Shown here one piece after another: positions 33,858 to 43,436 of a stretch of 64,000 bases of DNA. The DNA is from a virus: IMG/VR virus record IMGVR_UViG_3300025010_000010; one strand, 5' to 3'. The notes beneath the pieces are model-generated. The model did no database searches, was not told the DNA's origin, and saw only the letters and a list, made by a program, of their open reading frames with translations. How positions within the stretch are numbered: the first letter of the stretch is position 1; each line of letters starts with the position of its first letter. Made by a program: the position numbers and the translations under genes.

Positions 33858-36229
33858 ACCCAAATCTCCTTGACCCATTGATGTTTGCAAGTATGTGGCC
33901 GCTCTCTCCCGTGGAAACAAACAATATCAAACTCATTTGGCTTATTACTCGTACTTGAGCAATGCCTTTTGTATGATGCTATTCTTGAAAAACGGCCAAT
34001 TGATTCAATTTTAACTCCTCGTTTTTCAAGTGTCTTTGAAATATAAACCTGATCCCACCCCTCATAATTTTTACGATCAAATTTATCAATTAAATATCTA
34101 AAATCCCCATGCCAAGCCATTATCCCAGATGCCCACATCCCCTTTTCCCTCCTGGAAGAATTAAAAGGAGGAAGCATCCAAAATTGACCATTATCCATCC
34201 TTGATACAGAATTTACAAGTTTATCAATATTATGTAAAATTACTGTATCAAGATCAATATAAAGTACCGGACCATAAAGAGAAAATAATTCAAGTTTGGA
34301 CCACCAACCCGGAAAATTCTTTTTAAGTATAATTAATTCAATATCCTTAACATTCATATCAGTTAAAACACAAAACTTATAAGGAATTGTTACAGTCTTT
34401 TCAATCATTCGTTTCATAATCTGGACGTATTTTTCGTCATAATCCCCACCAGATTTGAGGACACAAGCAATTGTCAAACAAGGAGAACGTTTTAATTCAA
34501 CAGATTTAATAACCTTTTCATTTTTCTTTGTTTGAACTTCCCTCTTTCCTGTTGGCAAAGGAAGTTTGGAAGGTTTTGCAATCCCTTCGATTATTCCTAT
34601 TGATTTAGTTGTTAATGAATTAACATTAATCCCATTTGTATTTTCGGTAAAATATGTTTTATTCCAAACTTCCGGTTGAACACAATTCCAGGCAAAATCC
34701 CTATTATAATAATCGTTCCATATTGTAAGGGTTTTAATCCCCATCGAAGCAGAAAGAATTGTCAACCCGGAAGGATAACCAACAACCAATTCTGAACCTT
34801 TCAATAATCCAAACAATTGCTGAACAGTCGTCTTCCCTACAAGATCAATTGAGTCAGGAAAATTCTTTTTTATTTCATTCAATGGATTATCATCACCATC
34901 CCATATTGCTCCGGTAAATACTGCTTTCAATCCTGTCCGATTCAATACCTTCCTGATATACCCAATAATATTCTTAATTGGGAATTGCTGCGTCCAATAA
35001 CTATAAGTCCCACCAAAAATAAAATAAAAAACAATATATTTCCCAAATTGTTCTTGACACATCTTCTGAAAATTAAGTTGTTCAAGAGAAACAAACATTT
35101 TCGGATTCCAGGAACATTTCAAATCAGGATCAATCTCATTCATACTTTTGCCAATTCGTAAATGGCCATTATATGAAACGAAATAATTACAATTTAAAAC
35201 ATCTCTGAAAATTGTCCTTCCTTCTTGAGCATACGCTTCTTTCCAGATTTTTTTATTACTTTCCCCATCTGTAGAAAGAGAGAACCCGGAAGAATGAACA
35301 AAAGGAAACATTTCAATAAAAGGAAATGCCCTCTTGTGTCCGTTGTATTTTTTCTCTTTATTACAAGCAACTGCTATTTCAGGAATTCCAATATTTTCCC
35401 TTTCAATCAATGCCGGTAATTTAATCAAGGACCAATATGAGTCCCCAATCCCAGGAGGGAGCAAAATTGTTTTTCTATCTTCTTCTGGTTTGGCACAAGT
35501 AAATAATATTTTTGATTCAATTGGATTTTTTATTCCACTGATTATAAATCCTGTTTTTGCAAGCAATTCTTTTAATTGATCTGTATTAAAATACCAAATA
35601 TGTTCAATCTTCCAATGATGTTTTCCAGCCTCAACATGAAAATTGGGAAAATCAATAATACATTTTCCACCCTGTTTGGTAATTCTGAACATTTCCTTTA
35701 TAAAAGAAACCGGGTCAAGACAATGCTCTAATACATCATGGCACGTTACAACATCAAAATGATCAGTTGGGAATGCAATATCCTCCAACATCCCATTATA
35801 AATAAAATTCCCAGTAGGGGCATAGGCATATTGGGAAATCTCACAACCATAAGCCGCCGCACCCCTGGACCGGCATTCATCTACAAACGCCCCGGAACCG
35901 GAACCAACATCAAGCAAAATAAGTTCACAACCTCCATAAATTCCGTAATCATTTGCCCGTAATTTAGCAATTCTCAAGTCATGATCATAATCTTTTGCCT
36001 TATATTGTTCATTTACCGGCTGATATTCCTGATAATATTTCTTATATTCTGTTTTAACAAAAGGAAGAGTTGTCTGTCGAATAACCCCACAATCAAGACA
36101 TTCGGCCAATTTTATTCTTGATCCATTTTTAGCAATTACAGTTTCCCCTTCTGGGGTCACTTCATAATATTGTGATTCCCGCTCTGTGAAACGGTCACTA
36201 TTACAAATACATTTGGTTAATGCATTCAT
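33854..36229 (-). CDS. multidomain methyltransferase-glycosyltransferase fusion (Cys ribbon + class I SAM MTase + GT-B-like + GT-A-like)
   Basis: LLDVGSGSGAF with FDVVTCHDVLEH (SAM MTase). A middle segment PPGIGDSYWSLIKLPAL (heptosyltransferase-like, tentative). C-terminal LYIDLDTVIL (DxD). Confidence 0.65.
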   Translation of the reverse strand: MNALTKCICNSDRFTERESQYYEVTPEGETVIAKNGSRIKLAECLDCGVIRQTTLPFVKTEYKKYYQEYQPVNEQYKAKDYDHDLRIAKLRANDYGIYGGCELILLDVGSGSGAFVDECRSRGAAAYGCEISQYAYAPTGNFIYNGMLEDIAFPTDHFDVVTCHDVLEHCLDPVSFIKEMFRITKQGGKCIIDFPNFHVEAGKHHWKIEHIWYFNTDQLKELLAKTGFIISGIKNPIESKILFTCAKPEEDRKTILLPPGIGDSYWSLIKLPALIERENIGIPEIAVACNKEKKYNGHKRAFPFIEMFPFVHSSGFSLSTDGESNKKIWKEAYAQEGRTIFRDVLNCNYFVSYNGHLRIGKSMNEIDPDLKCSWNPKMFVSLEQLNFQKMCQEQFGKYIVFYFIFGGTYSYWTQQFPIKNIIGYIRKVLNRTGLKAVFTGAIWDGDDNPLNEIKKNFPDSIDLVGKTTVQQLFGLLKGSELVVGYPSGLTILSASMGIKTLTIWNDYYNRDFAWNCVQPEVWNKTYFTENTNGINVNSLTTKSIGIIEGIAKPSKLPLPTGKREVQTKKNEKVIKSVELKRSPCLTIACVLKSGGDYDEKYVQIMKRMIEKTVTIPYKFCVLTDMNVKDIELIILKKNFPGWWSKLELFSLYGPVLYIDLDTVILHNIDKLVNSVSRMDNGQFWMLPPFNSSRREKGMWASGIMAWHGDFRYLIDKFDRKNYEGWDQVYISKTLEKRGVKIESIGRFSRIASYKRHCSSTSNKPNEFDIVCFHGRERPHTCKHQWVKEIWV

Positions 36230-36877
36230 TTAATAATTGCTCCGGGTAATTGTAATCTCATTTATGTTTAATGATTTATAATTTTGACATAAATCAAAAA
36301 TAACTCTTGCAACTTCTTTCGGGTCAATAAGTTTATCCCAGTCAGGACGATGCTTTGTCATATCGGTTTTCATTGCCCCGGAATAAACATTCAAAATTTT
36401 TATATTGTATTTTGTGGCTTCAAATTTCAAAGAATCGAAGAACCCTTTTAAGGCGTGTTTACTGGCTGCGTATGCCATTTCTCCCTTTCCGGCTACTACC
36501 CCAGCCAGAGAGTTTAAATTAACGATACAGCCCCCATTCCGCCTGCGGAATAGCGGGAATAATTTCATAGTCAGAAGGACTGTTGCGAAAAAATTTACAT
36601 CCATTACTTTTTTAAGTTCTGCTTGATTAAATTCCCCATTAGCATAAATCCCGGCACAATTAATCAATATATCAATCCCATCAACCAATTCTGCTTCATG
36701 ACATAATGTATTGATTGTTGCGGGATGAGTTAAATCCCCGCTTACCACAACACCTTCTTCATGCAATTCATAAATGTCATTACGATTACTCATTATCAAA
36801 TAATTCCCATGGCCAGAAAATACATTAACAAGTTCTTTTCCAAGTCCCCGAGATGCACCTGTAATCATAACTTTCAT
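36230..36877 (-). CDS. short-chain dehydrogenase/reductase (SDR)
   Basis: ITGASRGLGKEL (TGxxxGxG), NSLAG, YAASKHAL (YxxxK). Confidence 0.85.
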   Translation of the reverse strand: MKVMITGASRGLGKELVNVFSGHGNYLIMSNRNDIYELHEEGVVVSGDLTHPATINTLCHEAELVDGIDILINCAGIYANGEFNQAELKKVMDVNFFATVLLTMKLFPLFRRRNGGCIVNLNSLAGVVAGKGEMAYAASKHALKGFFDSLKFEATKYNIKILNVYSGAMKTDMTKHRPDWDKLIDPKEVARVIFDLCQNYKSLNINEITITRSNY

Positions 36878-37356
36878 ATGAATGGCAGCCTCTCATTCTT
36901 CAAGCAAATTACCGCTGGAACTCCCATCAAATAAGCATCAAGCATTGCCTTTTCGGTCTCAAATTGATTTCTCGGAAAGAAACCATGAACATTTTTCAAC
37001 AAACCAATAAGCCCCTCGGGATTCAATGCCCTATGGGTCGGCCCATGCGTAGGATAGTCAGAATTGCCAACCAGTATTACTGGCAAATTCTGCTCATCAA
37101 TATCAATCTTTAATTGTTCAAATGGCCTTTCAATCAGGAACGGAGTCAAGGAATAAACAATTGGCCTCAATCCTTCACAAGCCATTCCAGCAGCTACAGA
37201 AAGGAGGGACTGTTCACAAATCCCCATGTTGTAAATCCGATCAGGAAACCGTCTCTGAAATTCATCCATTTCCTGAAATACATCACCGTGAAGAACGACA
37301 ATTCGTTTATCCTTCTCCCCAAGCCTTACAATAGTTTTACCGAACGCCCTTCTCAT
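36874..37356 (-). CDS. transketolase-like C-terminal subunit, truncated (Pyr domain only)
   Basis: FGKTIV.LGEKD..IVVL.GDV, NMGICEQSLLSVAAGMA, PTHGPTH. At 160 aa it is far shorter than the roughly 300 aa I recall for typical subunits. Confidence 0.65.
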   Translation of the reverse strand: MRRAFGKTIVRLGEKDKRIVVLHGDVFQEMDEFQRRFPDRIYNMGICEQSLLSVAAGMACEGLRPIVYSLTPFLIERPFEQLKIDIDEQNLPVILVGNSDYPTHGPTHRALNPEGLIGLLKNVHGFFPRNQFETEKAMLDAYLMGVPAVICLKNERLPFI

Positions 37357-37359
37357 ATA

Positions 37360-38136
37360 TCACCAAATAAAATTCTCTCTTGTATAGCCAAAAGAAGTCA
37401 TAAATGGAAAAATAATTGATGCCATATTCTGTAAATACTTAACACTTGCTTGTTTTTGTCCCAACAAATTCATTATCCCGTCAATATCCTTATTCTCATA
37501 CATTTCTTTAAATTTATTATTCGGTGTTATATTTTGTGGAATCCATTCTTCAGCATATTTATTGACAATACTTTCATCAAAATTATCAATTTCACAATGA
37601 TTTAATACCTTCAATAATAAATCTTTTCGTTGCTCAAATGAATAATTCAAATCAATAGGTAAAAACATAATATTCGGATGTTGAACAAATTCCGTAGCCA
37701 ATGCAACAAAATTATCAATAATATAAAAATGTCTGAATTGAGGATGCCTTACTTCTCTTGTCAATATTGCGGCCAATGGATCGCGCACCGGAATAACTGT
37801 TTTAAAAAAATTACAGAACAATAAAATTGTCGAAATCGGAAGACTTCTCATTGTCTCAAGATTACTTTTCCAACCATTATAAAATTGTTCATCCATTAAA
37901 TCAAGACCACTATCCTGCTGGACTATCGGTAAATGAATATGAGCAATTGTTTTTTTATCAAGAGGGCAATCATACTTGTATTGATAATTAATATGTTCTG
38001 CATCGTATTTCTTCCTATCTTCAAGCAACAAAGTAAGTTCTTTTTCTTGTTCAAAGAAATTCAAAAGAAAATTTATCACAAACCAAGTTCCGGTATGCTG
38101 AACAGATGGAACAAATATAATATCGTTCAATTTCAA
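37360..38136 (-). CDS. second sulfotransferase-like protein (tentative)
   Basis: VPSVQHTGTWF (5'-PSB-like) and IPVRDPLAAILT (3'-PB-like RDP motif). It separates the two transketolase subunit genes. Confidence 0.4.
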   Translation of the reverse strand: MKLNDIIFVPSVQHTGTWFVINFLLNFFEQEKELTLLLEDRKKYDAEHINYQYKYDCPLDKKTIAHIHLPIVQQDSGLDLMDEQFYNGWKSNLETMRSLPISTILLFCNFFKTVIPVRDPLAAILTREVRHPQFRHFYIIDNFVALATEFVQHPNIMFLPIDLNYSFEQRKDLLLKVLNHCEIDNFDESIVNKYAEEWIPQNITPNNKFKEMYENKDIDGIMNLLGQKQASVKYLQNMASIIFPFMTSFGYTRENFIW

Positions 38137-38855
38137 TTCAATTCCTCGAAAGCTAAATCCATAAATTCTTTATTAGGCCAATTGGCATGCCATTTAGGAT
38201 CATTTTCCATATAGGAAACACCTTTGCCCTTTGTCGTTTGGGCAATTATAAATTTAGTTGTTTTACAAGGTTCTTCAATTATCTTTCTCAATTGATCAAC
38301 ATTATGTCCATCAACAATCCAAGTATCAAAACCAAGAGCATTTGTTACTTCATACAAATTAAATGATAAAATATCTTGATTCCAGCCTGAACCTTGAATT
38401 CTATTTTCATCAACAATTACAATTAAATTATCAAGATTATGTTTTTTGGCAATTAACATTGATTCCCAAGTCGTACCCTCCTGGGCCTCGCCATCACCCA
38501 TCAAAACATAAACATTCCCTGATTCACCTTTCATCTTTTTGGCAAATGCCATTCCAACAGCAGCAGGAAAACCATGGCCCAATGATCCTGTTGTATAATT
38601 TATGCCATTTGCTACATCTCTTTCAGGATGTCCAGATAATTTCGGATTCAACCCATGTTCCTGAAGAATCACATAGAGCGGCCAACAAGCATGGCCCTTG
38701 CTCAATACAAACTTGTCATCTTCTTTAAGACAAAAATCATAAAGAGCAATTAAAATTTCAACAATTGAAAAACAACCACCATAATGATACCCACCGTTTG
38801 CAGTAGAAAGTTTTAATGTATCACGGCGAAGTTGTTTTGACCTTTCATTCAACAT
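38133..38855 (-). CDS. transketolase-like N-terminal (ThDP-binding) subunit
   Basis: SKGHACWPLY, GSLGHGFPAAVGMA, ThDP motif GDGEAQEG...LIVIVDEN. Confidence 0.85.
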   Translation of the reverse strand: MLNERSKQLRRDTLKLSTANGGYHYGGCFSIVEILIALYDFCLKEDDKFVLSKGHACWPLYVILQEHGLNPKLSGHPERDVANGINYTTGSLGHGFPAAVGMAFAKKMKGESGNVYVLMGDGEAQEGTTWESMLIAKKHNLDNLIVIVDENRIQGSGWNQDILSFNLYEVTNALGFDTWIVDGHNVDQLRKIIEEPCKTTKFIIAQTTKGKGVSYMENDPKWHANWPNKEFMDLAFEELN

Positions 38856-39595
38856 ATAAACCCCACATCAGGACGGTCATTCTTGTTAGGATAATCAAGC
38901 CCTTGGACACTCCCTTGATATTCAGCCGGTACAAAATTGTCCACCAAATTTTTATGGACAAATGTACATTCCAACAGCGGAGGAACCAGATATCCATTCA
39001 TTTCCCGCATTCCAAGTGAATTATTGGGATGGATATGGACAAGATGAAAACTATCCTTCAATTTTCTCAATATATCAAGATAAGCAGAAAACAATTCCTC
39101 ATTAAACTTTTCAAAAACACCAGAATAAAAACTATTGAAATATTTAGTCAATCCTTCTCTTGGTTCACAATGAACAAGATGAAATTCAATCACAATTTGA
39201 GAAGCACTATATAATTCAAGTGGGGCAATTTTGTTTAACGCTTCCCACTCATTATATTCAACATCAATTTTAAGCATTGGGGATTTATGGAATTTGAAAA
39301 ATTTCAACGAATTCTCAATTCCTTCTTTGACAAATACAAATCTCCCATTCTGTTTAGGTAATCCATCAATTGTCGGGTCAAACAAAAATGCCTTCTGAAT
39401 ATTAAGAAATCTATTCAATAAATCAAGTTCGAACTCAACATCATCCCCGATCCCATAGGAATATAATGCATCTGATTGTTCACAGATTTCTTTCAAAACA
39501 ACATAGCCACCATCATGATCAGGACCAACCCTAATCTTGGTCAATCCTATGTCAACCAGTTGTAATTCTTTCAGAAATTTGCCAACATTATTCAT
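38849..39595 (-). CDS. putative methyltransferase (FkbM/Methyltransf_21-22-like, tentative)
   Basis: VGPDHDGGYVV...YSYGIGDD pattern. Start trimmed to an ATGA overlap. Confidence 0.35.
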   Translation of the reverse strand: MNNVGKFLKELQLVDIGLTKIRVGPDHDGGYVVLKEICEQSDALYSYGIGDDVEFELDLLNRFLNIQKAFLFDPTIDGLPKQNGRFVFVKEGIENSLKFFKFHKSPMLKIDVEYNEWEALNKIAPLELYSASQIVIEFHLVHCEPREGLTKYFNSFYSGVFEKFNEELFSAYLDILRKLKDSFHLVHIHPNNSLGMREMNGYLVPPLLECTFVHKNLVDNFVPAEYQGSVQGLDYPNKNDRPDVGFIC

Positions 39596-40626
39596 TGATT
39601 CATCTCCAGAATACAACGACAAACTTTTCCTGATTTAACCATTTCAATTGCCTTGTTTACTTCACTCAATGGAAATCTCCTGGTAATCAAGTCCTCAAGA
39701 TTTATTTTCCCATTCAAATAAAGTGCGGCATATCGAGGAATATCAACAGTTGGATTGGTCAGCCCTCCTTGACTATCAATTATTGTTTTCCCGGTATACA
39801 TATTTCTTGCATTGGAAATCTTATAATCAACCCCAATCTTAGGTTGACCAACAAGAATTAATTTCTTCGATAAATGTAATCCCATATCAATAATTTCAGG
39901 GACTCCGGTACAATCGACAAATACATCTACACCCTTTCCACTTGTAGATTTGTTTATTTCGTCAATAATAAACTCTTGATCAATACTGGAATTAATCAAA
40001 TGAGTTGCACCAAATCTCATTGCCATTTCAAGTTTGCTATCATGAATATCAATACCAAATATTTTATCAGCACAAACAAGTTTTGCCCCTTGAATCACAT
40101 TAAGGCCAACACCACCACAACCAGCAACAGCAATGGATTGTCCAATCTTTAATTGTGCTTCATTATTTATTAAACCAAATCCTGTTGTAACCGCACATCC
40201 AAGTAAGGCCGAAATCTCAAAAGGAAGAGCAGAAGGCACCTTTGTTAAACGATTCTCTGAAACAACGGCCATTTCATTAAATGTTGTTACCCAACCGCCA
40301 CCAACAGTTTCTGCCCCAAGTTTATATTTTGGCGGTATTGCATTAATCCCTTCTCCTTTTCGCCAATGCAAACAAACATGATCCCCATTTTTTACAGTTG
40401 TTACTCCAGGACCAACTTTCTCTACAATACCACCGCCTTCATGCCCGAGAAGATGGGGAAGATATTTATCTGGCCCTTTTGCCCCAGATATTTCCCCAAT
40501 CTGAGCGCCACAAATACCAGAAGCAAATACCCTTACAAGTACCTGTCCAACATCAAGAATATTCGGAAGAGATATATTCGCAACAACCAAATTCTGATTC
40601 AGTTCTGTAAGTATTGCAGCTTTCAA
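39592..40626 (-). CDS. zinc-dependent medium-chain alcohol/sugar dehydrogenase
   Basis: GHEGGGIVEKVGPGV and the GCGGVGL NAD fold. Likely TTG start at 40626 (TTGA overlap with the upstream stop), giving MKAAIL... Confidence 0.8.
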   Translation of the reverse strand: MKAAILTELNQNLVVANISLPNILDVGQVLVRVFASGICGAQIGEISGAKGPDKYLPHLLGHEGGGIVEKVGPGVTTVKNGDHVCLHWRKGEGINAIPPKYKLGAETVGGGWVTTFNEMAVVSENRLTKVPSALPFEISALLGCAVTTGFGLINNEAQLKIGQSIAVAGCGGVGLNVIQGAKLVCADKIFGIDIHDSKLEMAMRFGATHLINSSIDQEFIIDEINKSTSGKGVDVFVDCTGVPEIIDMGLHLSKKLILVGQPKIGVDYKISNARNMYTGKTIIDSQGGLTNPTVDIPRYAALYLNGKINLEDLITRRFPLSEVNKAIEMVKSGKVCRCILEMNQ

Positions 40627-41252
40627 ATTAATTTCTCCAGCTTCATAAATGGAAAATCCTTTATTGCACTGTCCGGTGTTGCGTTGATGATTTCCAACCC
40701 AACTTCTGCCGCATCCCTTGCAATATACGGCCAACAGCGCATATGATTTTTATACGGGTCAAATGTCTTCGCTCTGGTCGGATAAAAATCATGAAAATTA
40801 TGTCGATCATTATCAGGATGCATATCAAACCCAAGTAAAACAATCCGCCGAGCACCAAACCAATAGGCAATATTAATAGCACTGGCACCAGAGTTGCCAT
40901 TCCAAGAAACAAATCCAACTTTCTTTGTTTCAATGCCATAATTTTTCGATCTTCCAACACGACGAATCCCCCTCCATCCTTTTCCAAGTTCTGGAACCCG
41001 CCCACAGCTAGTCACCTTAATTCCGGGCCACTGGTCGATACTTGGGGCAAGCTCCCTGAACTGACAATCCCCAAAGTAAGTTACGTCCACCCAAGGGTAA
41101 ACTCTGAATGCTTGATTTACTCCAATTACTCGTTTCAATCTTAAGCAATTCAGTTCCATACCCTTCAAAGATGGCCCGCCACCGATAATAAATATGGTAC
41201 TCTCCGACCATAGCTTTGGTATTACCCAGGGAGTTCTTTGACAGGCCGGCAT
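40623..41252 (-). CDS. DUF115/Maf-like putative (CMP-)sugar transferase (tentative)
   Basis: IFIIGGGPSLKG....LKRVIGVNQA pattern recalls the MAF_flag10/MptE-like fold. Confidence 0.4.
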   Translation of the reverse strand: MPACQRTPWVIPKLWSESTIFIIGGGPSLKGMELNCLRLKRVIGVNQAFRVYPWVDVTYFGDCQFRELAPSIDQWPGIKVTSCGRVPELGKGWRGIRRVGRSKNYGIETKKVGFVSWNGNSGASAINIAYWFGARRIVLLGFDMHPDNDRHNFHDFYPTRAKTFDPYKNHMRCWPYIARDAAEVGLEIINATPDSAIKDFPFMKLEKLI

Positions 41253-41791
41253 TACTCATTCAGCCCTCGCAATGCTTCCCTCAAATCATCGTCTGTTTCC
41301 CAATCATCATTCCATTCAACCCCGGCTTTCTCCAGTTCCTTCACCAGATCATCCCAGCCAAGTTCATTAATATTGATTGGTTTAACTTCACCTTGAGTCA
41401 ATTCAATCAAAAGTTTTTCTGCATCCTTCTTCCTGAGTGCCTTGGCATTTACCGGCTTATCAGGATTCAAGGAGTTGATTATATCGTAAAAAGCGGTTGT
41501 TCCACGTCTTACCATTTCAAGTTGGGCAACCGGCTTATTTTCTTCCTGAATAATTTCCTGTTCAATCTTTTGCTCTTCTGCATCTACCGGACCATTTGAA
41601 GTCAATGCATCAAACTGTTTCAGCCCATCAATTCCCAACTCAGAAGGATAACAATAAACAGTATTGCCGGGACGAAGGACAGCACGGCCCTGTACCGGCT
41701 GTCCATTCACCTTCGTCCCTTCCTGAAAATTACGAACCACATGCATTCCAGTATTTTTCTTTTTACGAAATGTTTGCCTTTCCATTTTCAA
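41252..41791 (-). CDS. hypothetical protein
   Basis: 179 aa with an acidic C-terminus, immediately downstream of the capsid gene. Confidence 0.55.
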   Translation of the reverse strand: MKMERQTFRKKKNTGMHVVRNFQEGTKVNGQPVQGRAVLRPGNTVYCYPSELGIDGLKQFDALTSNGPVDAEEQKIEQEIIQEENKPVAQLEMVRRGTTAFYDIINSLNPDKPVNAKALRKKDAEKLLIELTQGEVKPININELGWDDLVKELEKAGVEWNDDWETDDDLREALRGLNE

Positions 41792-41827
41792 TCTCCTTGG
41801 TTATGAGATAAATTATTGTTAAATCAA

Positions 41828-42910
41828 TTAAGCCGAAAGAACAGTAATACCACAATTGCCATTCTGATCAGCCCGGATCTGCGGAACCATAATGGCCATT
41901 ACCTTATAGTTGGTCGCAAAACCACCGCCCTCATCCCACTCAACAGTCGTAATTGCCATACCTTCAACAATCCGAACCGTTTCAGGACGCATTTCAGCAA
42001 GTACAACCTTGTTTGCGGTACACTTATCTGCAACCTTGATATCCTGAATACCGCCAATCTTCATGATACGCTCCCTGATCGTAGTCCCAGGAGTAGACGT
42101 ATCATAATCATTGTCTAGTACGGTTTCATAACCAGTCGGAACATACAATTCCCAAGGGCCTTGATGGAGGGCATCAATGCTGGCCTGTTTCATGGACAGG
42201 ACATCATCCAGAATTTCCGCACCAGTCTTGCCAGATGCATCCCAGTTCTGACTCAATGTTACACTGTTCTTGTTGGGATGATCCAGATACCCATACAGAG
42301 TCCCACCACCATAAGCATAAGACGATGCACCCTGAAAAAGGATGGTTTCAATCTTTTCTGCAACCTGGCGAGCAGCCAAAATACCAGTGGTCACATCAAT
42401 CGGCTGGCCAGTGGTCCGAGAAGCTGCCAGAACCCGAACATTAAAAGAAAAATCCTTATGAACAATGGGCAGAGGCAAATACTTCAGCTCATAATTCGGA
42501 CGATCCTTGGTGCTCCGGGTAATCGCGTCCATGGTCATTTCAGCAGCGGAAAGCTGATCAATGTCCTCATATTCCAAAACCGTTTTACCAAGACCATTAC
42601 CAATCCGGTAAACCAGATTCTTAGAATACAAGGATGCTACACCAACAAGCCGATCTTCGGCAGCCTGAACAAGAGCAGTATCAAGTTCGATCCACTCTTT
42701 CGTACGAAGGGTTGCATTCAGGTAAGGAGCAGGAACCGCAACAGCCTTGCCATTATACATCTTCGTTACATAAGCCCTGCCGTCCTTCCCCATATAGGGC
42801 TTCAAGCAATTGGGGTCCATTCCATTTGCAAGCAGTCGTTTACCTACGCTGCCACCAAGAATCATGGGCATTCCCTGCCCAGGGGTGATAATTTCAACAT
42901 TTGCTCCCAT
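41828..42910 (-). CDS. major capsid protein (DUF2184-like family, tentative)
   Basis: Start at the ATG at 42910, 8 nt after AAGGAG. ~360 aa, with strong expression signals, following the DUF2190-like and scaffold-like genes. Confidence 0.75.
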   Translation of the reverse strand: MGANVEIITPGQGMPMILGGSVGKRLLANGMDPNCLKPYMGKDGRAYVTKMYNGKAVAVPAPYLNATLRTKEWIELDTALVQAAEDRLVGVASLYSKNLVYRIGNGLGKTVLEYEDIDQLSAAEMTMDAITRSTKDRPNYELKYLPLPIVHKDFSFNVRVLAASRTTGQPIDVTTGILAARQVAEKIETILFQGASSYAYGGGTLYGYLDHPNKNSVTLSQNWDASGKTGAEILDDVLSMKQASIDALHQGPWELYVPTGYETVLDNDYDTSTPGTTIRERIMKIGGIQDIKVADKCTANKVVLAEMRPETVRIVEGMAITTVEWDEGGGFATNYKVMAIMVPQIRADQNGNCGITVLSA

Positions 42911-42938
42911 AATATATCTCCTTTTAAATTGATTAACC

Positions 42939-43406
42939 TTAAACAACCATTACTTTAATGCGACCAGTAGGATCGGCGGCAGACGAATCAGACATATCCA
43001 CCGCTTCCAGAGCCAAGGCCACAATAGCCCGAGGATAGATAGTACCAGCACCGGCAGAAGCCCACGTATCGGCCACATACTTCTGGAGAGTACCATCCCC
43101 GGCGGACTCCAGAAAATCACCTACAGCGATATTCTGACCATTGGCAAGCAGGGCATATACTTCATCCCCAGGCTGCATTACATTGTACTGAACCTGATCA
43201 GCAGCGGCATAAGCATCACTAATGTCATTACCCTGAAGATCATCTTCAACAGCAAACATCGGGATTGCATTACCAGAAGCAGTTGCGTGGACCCTGACCT
43301 TGCTGGTGCTCATCAGTTCCACAAGATGGCCGGGAGTAATAGCCGCATTGGCGACTGCTTCCCGACGAATTCCATGTCCTTTCAAAATTACTGCATTGTT
43401 AGCCAT
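42939..43406 (-). CDS. DUF2190-like head protein (decoration or auxiliary)
   Basis: GGAGGAAAC RBS; 155 aa; conserved position between the scaffold/protease-like gene and the capsid gene. Confidence 0.5.
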   Translation of the reverse strand: MANNAVILKGHGIRREAVANAAITPGHLVELMSTSKVRVHATASGNAIPMFAVEDDLQGNDISDAYAAADQVQYNVMQPGDEVYALLANGQNIAVGDFLESAGDGTLQKYVADTWASAGAGTIYPRAIVALALEAVDMSDSSAADPTGRIKVMVV

Positions 43407-43436
43407 TATTGTTTCCTCCAATAAATATTAAATTGA

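Noticed and set aside
40661-41259. - strand ORFs 40661-41005 and 41017-41259, overlapping the DUF115-like gene in other frames.
   Set aside because: They are fully nested in a longer ORF that is start/stop-coupled to its neighbours, and they have no independent signals.
42161-42958. 265-aa + strand ORF antisense to the major capsid gene.
   Set aside because: No RBS and an unnatural composition. The - strand gene has a strong AAGGAG-N8-ATG start and sits in conserved head-module order.
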